The translations under genes were made by a program, and so were the position numbers. The notes under the pieces were generated by a model that made no database searches, had not been told where the DNA came from, and worked only from the letters and a program-made list of their open reading frames with translations. From Vitrella brassicaformis CCMP3155 (taxonomy: Eukaryota > Protista > Chromerida): a DNA stretch of 37,368 bases. Below, piece by piece: positions 20,568-30,162 of the stretch. The stretch spans positions 1 through 37,368 of the forward strand of contig CDMY01000645.1 of the NCBI GenBank assembly GCA_001179505.1. The letters run 5' to 3'. Every line of letters starts with the position of its first letter. Positions within the stretch are counted from its first letter, which is position 1.

Positions 20568-23500
20568 TCACACTTTGGTGGTCGTGTTCATCCCTGGCAC
20601 CTGCAAGTATGCAAAATGACACCCACCCACAACGCACACCACTTTCTGCATCGCACATACATGCCATATCTTGACACCTTCGTAAATCGCTGGGCCTCAG
20701 GGTTGAACTCGGGCGTGCGAGCAAACTGCAGGAAGAGATTGGCCAGCCGCTGACGCAAACCTGAAAGAAGACCAATAGTGCAATACGGATGGATGTCTTG
20801 ACAATCTGCCATCTCGGTGAGCACCGAAGCGACCTTTGAGTGAGCTGTCCCTTCTCCCCCGATTGAGCATGTCGGCCTCCCTGTCTATCAAGTCAACAAT
20901 CTCGCGAGTCAAATTGCAATCAAACTCCTGCTCACCAACACACAAGAGACAGACACAACAGACAGACAGACAGACAGACAGAGAGACAGAGAGAGACAGA
21001 GACACCAAACACGGATGCAGACACCCTGTGCAACTATATGGTCCAGGGGTGTTATTGACTGACCGACCGACTGACTGACTGAATGACCAATTGACTGACC
21101 TTGACAGTCCACTTGACGTGTAGGAGCACATCGAGGCGCTCGTCGACAGTCAGGAGGGGCAGACGCAGACCGTTGTACAAATCCATCAACTCCTTTGCAC
21201 CTGGATTTGCGAGTGGCATCACTCGTTGACACAGACATGGATAGAAGATGCCGCCTGCGTACGTGTGGAGAATGGGGTGTGTACGATGGTGGCCTCCCCG
21301 TCAGACTGCGCCCACACCTTTGGGTTCGCCATCTGCACACACCACACAAGATGGTGGTACATTCGCCTTTCGTGTGTTGGCTGGGTGTTTACCGCTTCCA
21401 GCAGTCTCCTGACTTTGGCATCCCGGTTGGCATCGTGGGCCTGGATCTTCAACCGGTCGATCGTCTGACACAAGATGGCGGAACAGATCCACAAATGCAC
21501 GCACACGACACGCACACACGGTGAGTGCACACTCTGTCTTGCCGTGTACCTGGAGGAGCTTTGTCTCCTTTGCCAGCAGCTCTCTTAATGCCTCCTGCTT
21601 GGTTGCCTGCACGACCGACACAACACCCATGGTCACTCACATTCATGTCACGCCCGCCCACACCCACACACCTGGTCGAAGGTTGATTTTTTGATGCGAT
21701 TGGTCTCATTAATGCGCCACGCTGCACACATGCCGAAGACATTCATTGAGGAAGACGTCTGTCTGGATTCTTGTTTTCTGTCTGAGTAGAGTGTTACCTT
21801 CGAGTTCTGAGTAGAGCGTTTCGAAGTCTTCGTATGTCCGCGGGTGCATCCGCTTCCCGATCTCCCGCTTGTGACGCAGATCGGCCTCACGCTGCCTGCA
21901 GCAAACGGGCAACCAGCCAACCAGCCAGCCAGCACGATTCCTCCCCTCTCCCGCCCTCTAATATATCGCCCGATGGATGCATTGTACGTACAGTCTTTCT
22001 GCCTCTTCGCTTTCGAATTGAATGAGGTCGTCTCGCTGCTTGCGCATGCCCCTGACTCTCTTCCGAGCAAGCATACCCCTAGCCAACCGCTGCAGCAGCA
22101 GCACCTATAGGACACAATGGGAGATATGGCCAAGGCTAAATGGATGATGGATCAGAATTGTGACGGTGCTGACTTTCTGGCACTGGCGTTCGAACAGCTC
22201 TTCTGCGGTGAAGTACGCCTTGGGATGGAGGACCTTGTCGTGTTCGGTCGACACGTACACACTCACCGTCCTCTGATGAGTGAGGTGAACAAAGAAAGAA
22301 TGGGGATGACACAGATGCCGCGGCCCGTCTCGTCCATTCTCGTTTGTGTATCGTACCACTTGTGTACCGGCCTCTCGCTTAGGTTGGATGGAGCAGCTTC
22401 GATACTCGTACGTCTGGGTCTCACGATGATACTTGACGATGGTCTGAGCGGAAGGGACAGTAGAAGGAGACATGGATTTATCAGCCCCGTGTCTCCACGC
22501 AGCAGCACCGCATCCACCTGTGGTTTCTTGTCGATGGGTGTCTGGGTGAAGGCGTCATGGTATTCCACCCGAGTCTGCTTCTGACGGTACCCACCTGAGA
22601 CCAAACACACGCTGCAGTCTTCTTTTTGCACTCATCTGTGCCAGTGGTCTTCAGTCACCGACCGATGAAGGGTTTGGCCTCTGAAGCCTTCTCGATGTGC
22701 ACTCTCACGAGCTTCACCGCGCCCTGGCTGTCTGAAGCAAGAAGAGGCAGCATCGCACCCATAAATACCCCCTTTCTTCTGTCGCCCATTTATCAGTGGT
22801 GTCCGTTGTCTGTCGCACCCACCCACCCACCCACCTTGGCACTGCAGCTCGAGAACGTCCGGCATGACATACTCGGGCAGAGGCTGCTCCTCGTAGAAAT
22901 TCAGACGAAGCTGGCAAAGCACAAGGAACATAGAGTCAGACGATTTCCATGGCCTGGAGTGTTCCCTTTTTCCTGGTCCGTCTCGCACCTCGATGCCAAC
23001 CCGGTCTCCCGCCTTGAGCTGATACCCTCCCAGTGAGCGAGACAGATCCAGCAGACCATCAGCCGCTACAGCCCCGCTCCTACACACGCAAAACAGACAG
23101 TCGCACACACACACACACACACACACATATATAACAGCTGGATGACGTGTCTGTCTACGTGCTGTACGGCCGATAGATAGCTACATGCATACATAGATAC
23201 ATGCATACGCACATACGCACATGTTCATGAGGAATAGAGTGCCCTCCGGCAGGCTGAGCTCTGCCTCCAGCTCCCCCCGGATCTCTATCAGTGTCCTCTC
23301 AACGGGATAATACTTGGTCTGCCCGTAACCCTGGTTGACAAGGCAAGGGATGCACTTCCGTTCTTTGCCTTTCGGTGCACACATGCTCGCTCGGTGTCCG
23401 AACCTCAGGCAATATGATGAAATCGATGGCCACATTGCCTTCCGCACCGGCTGGCTCCTCGCCCTCCGGCGGCCCCACCCCCTCCTCTGCAGGCGGCATC

Positions 23501-23817
23501 TCACTTTCGCCCTCAACCGCTTCAGCCCCTTCCTGCACTGCAGATGCCTCTGCCTCTGCGGGGGGCTCCCCTTCCGTGACCGCTGGCTGCCCCTCCCCCT
23601 TGACCTCCGGCGGTTCTTGCGGCTCTCCCTGCTTGTCGTCATCCCCAGCAGGGGGGACCTCTTCTGTGCTTTGCCTCGGCTTGACTTCAGGGTCCTTGGC
23701 CTCCTCGGTTTCCTCCCCTGGCGTCTCCTCTTCCTCCATTCCATCTTCCTGGGGGGCGGCCGCAGGTTCGGCCTCCGCTGCAGCAGGGCCCTGCTCGTCC
23801 ATGTCCGCCGTATCCAT
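20568..23817 (-). CDS. IQUB: IQ and ubiquitin-like domain protein (IQUB/FAP253, flagellar radial spoke)
   Basis: About 15 exons: acidic N-terminus, Ub-like VAIDFIILPEG..., YVMPDVL, KPFIGGYRQKQTRVEYHDAFTQT, YHRETQT, IQ motif [73 protein letters not shown] and LRQRLANLFLQFARTPEFNPEA. The last exon and stop are tentative. Confidence 0.93.
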
Positions 23818-23818
23818 C

Positions 23819-23836
23819 GCGAGCTAATTAGCTCGC
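23819..23836. promoter_or_regulatory. Perfect 18-bp palindrome GCGAGCT-AATT-AGCTCGC in the 77-nt IQUB/Tudor divergent spacer
   Basis: Read directly; two inverted copies of the motif shared by all five divergent spacers. Confidence 0.75.
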
Positions 23837-23894
23837 AAAATGGGAACTGATCTGTGTCGCGTTGTACTAGTGGCCTCGTGGTGTGGCTTCCGGT

Positions 23895-25358
23895 ATGAGA
23901 ACCCGCAAAGCTGACTACCTGGCAGACGACGAGCTGGTCGGACAGGTGAGTGATCTGGCAGATACCACCACGGACGGCATCACTCTCCCCCGTGCCTTCC
24001 TGCGACTTTCAGTTTCTTGCAAAGTATTTTGGCCGCTCGAAATATTTTGGAATTGGTAAGCTTGGGGCTCCTCGCGAGGGTGGTGTGATGTGATGTGGCC
24101 TGGTTTGGTGTGCAGTGGTTCACAAGGAGTCGGTGCTGGACAAGAGTAATCGCGAAGTCGAAGCCTATTTGGTGGTATACACCGATGCTGAGACCGAGCA
24201 TCTCAGCGGTGGGGACAGATGATAGTTCTGCACACATGCAAACACACTTACAAACACACTCATCGATGCGTATGTGCGTGTGTGCAGGCAAGTCGATACG
24301 GTATGCGCACGGCGGGAAGGAGAGAGATAGGGAGCGACAAGACGTGAATCAGCGAGGCGTTTCTCGTTCCTGTGCTGTGCTGTGTTGGTCAGCGAAAAGA
24401 TCGCCCATGTGAGTGACGACGATGTGGCAATGCAGCTCAACAATCTGAGACTCGACCTGCGCAGGTAGGGTGGCACAACACATGGCCTCCCCCACCACTG
24501 CCCCTGTATGTGTATCCATCCATGCATCCGTTGATGTGTTGGTTGGTTCATTCAGCAAGGGCATCGACCTGGCGCACAGCCTGGAAGAGGGCCCTCCCAA
24601 GGACACGGCAGCAGCATCAGCCAAGGCTGACCCCGGCAGCGGCAGACGTGGCAAGCGCCAGCGCGGCGCCGCATCGGCGGCAGCAGCAGCGGCTGGCGCT
24701 GGTGCCAGTGAGGGGGATCATGAGGGCATTGCGGAGGAGGGCGAAGACGTGGACTCCGCAGGGGAGGAGGCCGATGACACCATGGGGGCCGCTGCTGCGT
24801 CGGCTACTGCCGCGGCTGCGGGGGGTGAGGAGGCTCAGCCCAAGAAGAAGAGACGCAAGCACGTGAGATATATCCATGAATTACGCATGCAGCCGAGTTG
24901 CCGGGTATTGTATTCAGGCTCCTCAGCCGCATGCCAAGTCGCTTTCTGCTGCATCTGCTGGAGATGAACGGGTCGTCGAGTTGAATGACATTCTCATGTA
25001 AGACGGGAAAGGTGCACAGGTGATTGACGCGTGGATCCATTTACGTGTATGCTGCTCAGTGGCGGTGACCTGCAGCCCCTGTCGGGTGACTGGACGGTGG
25101 AACGGCTCAAGGGCATTCCTCGAGACGACGTAAGACATACCTACCTACTAGAGACAGCCAGCCAGGCAGAAGAAACGGGTGCAACGACGTATGTACGAAG
25201 TCCTCCGTTTTGCCTGTGTCGATTCGATTTAGTTCAAGTTGATGCTCCAGAAGTCCGCCGCTGTGCCGCTGGTGGGTCAGCAGCTGGAGGCGGTGCTCCT
25301 CTGCTACGTACGGCTGCAGGAGATGGCCAACGCGGCTGCGGGGGGGCCGACCGGATGA
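23895..25358 (+). CDS. Hypothetical nuclear protein with N-terminal PTM/DIR17-like Tudor-like domain, acidic/Ala-rich linker and basic NLS-like segment
   Basis: MRTRKADYLADDELVGQFLAKYFGRSKYFGIVVHKE...EAYLVVYTDAETEHL fits the K-x-F...F-G-x-V...Y-x-V-x-Y-x-D-x-D/E-x-E Tudor pattern; PKKKRRKH; phase-consistent exons. The 3' exons are less certain. Confidence 0.6.
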
Positions 25359-25888
25359 ATGATGGCGGGATGCGTACGGGGCAGGGCAGGTTTTGCCGTC
25401 ACTTTGGCTGTCTGTACGTGTGGTGGGTGGCATTTTCTTCGTGGACACGTGTGCATCCTTCTCCATGAAAATGCATGTGTGCATCCTTCTGCATTGTGGT
25501 GCTGCGGTTTGGTGCTGTGGTTTATTCAATGTGTGGTGAGTGGTCCGGTCCCATGTACACTCGCTCAGAGACATGCTCACGTCCATTGACCTGTGATACG
25601 GTGCCTGTAGACTGCATTCATACCACCAACAAAGGAAGGGAACCAACACGGGCACACATGGGGCCAGCTCTTCGCAGGTCACAGACAGAGGCGCACATGA
25701 AGAGATCAGAGCTAACGTGCATACGTTCACTCGCGACACATGCACCACCGGCCAGCTGCAAAAAGGGCCGATGAAGCGCACCAAACACACGTATGCATGG
25801 CATGGATGCTCTCCATCCACATGGATCGAGGAGAAAAACACACCATCGACCCAATAAGACAAGGGCAGGGCAGGGCAGGGCGGCTCTG

Positions 25889-28390
25889 TCAGCCACCTGA
25901 CGCGTACGTCACCTGCACACACACACGGGAACCATGGCCAAGATCCATCCATCTACGTGTATGCACATCCAATGCAGCCGTGTGTGTGACGCTGCTCACT
26001 CACTGACTCACTCCGTGTTGGTCCACAAGATGCGATTCGTCTTCCATCATCTGCACCTGCAGCCGTGCCGCCGGCGAGCAGCTGGCGATGGCAGCCAGCC
26101 GCGCCGCCCGATGCACCTCCACAGATGGAGGAGCCGTCAGCCGAATGGGCATCGTCATGCGTCGAGTCAGCCGCAGCGCGGGGCTCTCGGTGCTGTCATC
26201 TCCCCTTGCTTCCATGTCGATGGGGTGCGACAGAGTGCGCTGGATGGGCTTGGAGGGCTCCTGGGGCTGCTGTTGCTGCTGGTGGTCCAGCTGCACCGAT
26301 TGGGGGAGGTGCTCGTGTGGTGCCGGCTGCTTTGGCGGCTTGTAAGTGCGGATTGAGTAGAGGCACATGAAGGTAATGGGGATGAGCAGGACGCCCATGA
26401 GCTCAAATGAGAGGGCGTAGTCGTTGTGCAGCAGCTCAACAAGGGGGGAGGCCACCAAGGGGCCCAGCATCAGCCCGCCGTTGAAGGTCTGCTCCTCCAG
26501 TGCGAAGGCCTTCCCGTGGTCCTCAATGCCCTCGTCGTGCAGCCATGAAGCTACAGACACACACAACCACACACAGATATGCAGGACCACAAGCACCTCC
26601 TTTGTCCCCTCTGTGCGCGTCTGTGGGCGTGTCAGTCAATGAGTCAGTGGCGTACATGCGAATGCGAATGCGCTGGTCTCGGCGGACCCCAGCCCCACAC
26701 CGAAGAGGGTCAGCACCGTCACCTGGAATGTCGACAGAGACGACGAGGCCAGGGAGAACCCCATCACAATCGTGCACAGCGCGCACCACGCCGACGCAAC
26801 CAAACAAAACATCATCGGACGCAGCAGAAACCTGCACACATGGGACCTCTCTGCAGACAGACAGGAGCGTGGTCCACTTGTGTGTGGACGTACGTACCTG
26901 TCTATGAGGAACCCGGTGGTCGGCCCGCAAGTGATCTTAGCGATGAATTGCGGCATGAACAGCGCGCCGGTGGCACTGGCAGAGAGGCCGTAGGCGTCCC
27001 GCCAATATAGCGGCAACAGGGCCTGTAGACAACGGCACACACATGCCACCACATGGTACATCCTGGCTCGTACACGTAAGTGCGGAGACGCATACCTGCA
27101 GAGCTGACGCCGCGGCCCACGGCAGAGTGACACACAGCATTGCCGTGATGAAATGGACATTGGCGAAGACGGCGTAACCCTGCCGCTTCGGCTTGTCCTC
27201 CTCTGTCAGCGGCACCACCAGATCGGGCAGGCTGCGCAACACACAGGTGATACGATCTCGTTGTCTTGTGCACAAATGGCCGTCGTCTCACTCACTCGTG
27301 TGCCAGCTGCTGCGCGTTGCTGCCCACTTCGGTGGGAAAGCGCCCGGTCGCCGCGATGAAGACCACGGCGGCCAAGGAACCACAGGCAAGGACGAGCATG
27401 ACGCCCCACACGCACTTGCTGCCAGCAGCGTCGTAGAGGAAACCTCCAGCTGCCGGGCCGACAATAGCGCCGACGTCACCCGTGAGCGCAATGCCCACTG
27501 CGGTGGCCCTGTTGGACTTGTCCTAAGGTGAATGGAGAGACACAAGCAAGATACAACATGCTTCACGCTGGCCAAGGCACGACACAAAGTGCCTCACGTG
27601 AGTGCGGGCCAGCGCCCCAAAGCCCGCCGGATACAAAATGGATGACGCAAAACCCTGACACATACAGACGGCAAGCAGAGACGATAATGCAGTGCACGTT
27701 TACGTGGCATTCAGTGTGTCACCTGCAGCACTCTGGCGACGATGTAAGACGCGAGGGAATCCTAAAGCACAGATGCACGCGGCACAGCGGTCAGCAGTGT
27801 ACTCGGGACGAGGCAGGTAGGCAGGCAGGCATGCACTCACCTTGATAAGGTAACACAGGCCACCCATCGCCAGCAGGGCGAACGGCACGACCAGCATCTT
27901 CTTCCACCCCACCCTGACCAACAGACAGCGACATCGATTGCAGCATTGACACGGCCGGCGTACCTGTCGATGATTATTCCACCTGAACCAATCCCAAACA
28001 GCCAGGGAAATCCTGGATGAATGCACGAATACACATGATCCCTTTGCTGATTCGTACCGATGGGCGCGAAACCGATGGCAATGATTGGTCGTGCGATGAA
28101 GATGAGGCTGTGCAGAACGGGTGGAAGGCTGAGCGTCCGGGGGCTGACCGTAACAATCACCGTCTGCACACAGAATACATAAGTGCCGATAGATGACACG
28201 ACCCCCAGGACGTCGAAGGAGTCAACCGTTCGTCGCATTGATGCTACCTGGTACATCATGTCGGTGAAACAGCCAAACCACACAACCTGCACCACACACA
28301 CACAACGTGAAGCACATCTTCGCATTCACACGGCCCTCGACTGCCTCTGCGCCTATATACAATGACGAGGCCGTAGTGAATGTCCTTCAT
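25889..28390 (-). CDS. Major facilitator superfamily transporter (SLC18/DHA1-like)
   Basis: About 12 exons: GLVIVVWFGCFTDMMYQ, motif A-like APIGGIIIDRVGWKKML, YIVARVLQGFASSILYPAGFGALA, GAIVGPAAGGFLYD, TGFLIDRF and GLMLGPLVASPL; hydrophilic C-tail. Terminal exon tentative. Confidence 0.88.
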
Positions 28391-28452
28391 CGTCGAAAGC
28401 AGATCAGATGCCAGATCTTCCCTTTTCAGCTCGCAGAGATCGCCTTGCTGAA
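28391..28452. promoter_or_regulatory. Putative bidirectional promoter MFS/hydrolase (62 nt)
   Basis: Between ATGs at 28390(-) and 28453(+); AGCTCGCA at 28428-28435. An in-frame upstream ATG at 28408 makes the hydrolase start ambiguous. Confidence 0.55.
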
Positions 28453-29833
28453 ATGCGTGTTTTTTTCTATGGCAGTGCAGCAGAGCAGTTCGTGCGCCTC
28501 CATCTGCCCACAAGCAGCGAGATCCATGAATCAAACTCGACGAGATCTCCTCATCCCGTGTGCGCGGTCATCCACGGCGGCTACTGGTAGGCAATCACCA
28601 AGTGCAGGAAACCTCTCCTCCCCCAGACTGCTGACTGTCGGCATGTGTGCAGTGCTGCAGGAAGAATCAGTATGATTTGGATTCGTACTGCATCAAGAAC
28701 ATCGCGCCTGCGCTGGCGAGGAGAGGCTACGCAGCGGTGGAGGTTGAGTACAGACGGCGAGACCACCCGGGAGGAGGATGGTGGGTGGCAGCCACATCAG
28801 ACACCGGTGCAGCGGGGGGTACTTGCCAAGCCATGTGCACTGGTGTGTTTGTGTCCATCACATGATGCAGGCCCGGCACCAACGTCGACGTGGTGCTCGC
28901 CCTCAGGTGATCTCACCTTGCTTCCAAGGAACCAACCATTGTCGCTGCTTTGCTGCACCCCTGCCTTGTGTGCGTTGTGTGTACATGCAGGTACCTCAGC
29001 GACCTTGCTGACCCCTCATCGGCTGCCCTTCCCTTGGACCTCTCCCGTCTGGTCATCATGGGCCACTCAGCGGGTGGCTGCCTTGCGATGTGGGCAGCGG
29101 AGGAGAGTCACCGAATGCACGCCACCGGTGCTGTCGACACCGATGGGGCTTTGAGGCTGAGTGAGGACGAGCGACAGCGGCTGGAAGGATGGCGCGCGGT
29201 GGTGCCGCATGGAGTGGTGGCGATTGCGCCCGTGGCTGACCTCATCGAAGGGTGAGTGGGCGGACGGCAGGGAGGGAGGGATTGAACAGATGAAGACAAT
29301 CACTGTTAGTGATTCAGTTATGAGCAGAAACTGAGCGACGAGGGCGACGCGGTGGAGCGATACATGAAGGTACTTGACGAAGTCTCTGGTTGTCTGTTGT
29401 CATGCTATCGCTGTGCAGATGCGCCCCACTGACTCGGTGGCTGCGCGTGAGGCCTACATGAGGGCATCCCCCGCCCACCAGCTCCCGAATCGTGTGCCGC
29501 AGGCTCTCATACTGGGCCGTCGCGACACGGGACGTGCCCTTGGCGCATGGAGAGAGCTACTACGAGAAGGCCAAGATAGCGGCGCGTAATGGTGGGTGCA
29601 TAGGAGGATGGGGGACCTGTGTATGTTGGACGGGCGCACGTGTACACGTTCGTTCGATAGCCTCTGTACGTGTGCTGTGCTGTGCTGTGTGTGGTGTGTG
29701 TGGTCATGCAGATGAGTCGAGTGTGCGTCTGTATAGCATTGAGAGTGCGGATCACTTCGATCTCGTCGACTGTGACAACAAGAAGTGCTTCGAGACTCTC
29801 ATCGAGGCCGTCGAGGGGTTCATCCACACCTGA
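28453..29833 (+). CDS. Alpha/beta hydrolase (HGGxW/GHSAG lipase-esterase type); contains a +1 frameshift at 29529-29531 (assembly error or pseudogene)
   Basis: FYGSAAEQFVRLHLP, VIHGGYW, LARRGYAAVEVEYRR...GGGWPGTNVDV, LDLSRLVIMGHSAGGCLA, VAIAPVADL, ASPAHQLP..PQALILGRRDT [extra G] DVPLAHGESY and ADHFDLVD. The triad Ser/Asp/His is present only if one G is removed. Confidence 0.88.
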
Positions 29834-29928
29834 TATACGCGCATAGACGCAGCGTTGGCGGCTAGCTAGGACAATGAACGGTTGTCGTGCGTTTCATGAT
29901 CGGCGAAAGAGATGGACAGAGACACCAC

Positions 29929-29929
<1 letters not shown>

Positions 29930-29959
<30 letters not shown>
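29930..29959 (+). repeat. (GTGTAT)5 microsatellite
   Basis: Read directly from the sequence. Confidence 0.95.
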
Positions 29960-29960
<1 letters not shown>

Positions 29961-30162
29961 CAAATACAAATACATGCACCAACCGATACATATACAGACA
30001 GACAATCAACCAGCCAAATAATCGGCTCTCTCGACTGACAGACTCACCAGTTAACTGTCTCATCCATTGACTGACTGACTGACTGCTTCGCTCCTGCACC
30101 GGCGTTTCTGTCTGTCTGTCAGTTTGTTTGTTTGTTTGTGACTTGCTGCTGGTGTTGGTGCG

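Noticed and set aside
23181-23850. Three additional overlapping ORFs at IQUB exon 1
   Set aside because: Alternative frames and antisense of a low-complexity GAG/GCC-rich exon.
25107-25952. 281-aa minus-strand ORF between the Tudor-like and MFS genes
   Set aside because: Cys/Val/His-rich translation of TG/CA repeats in convergent 3' regions; no coding signature.
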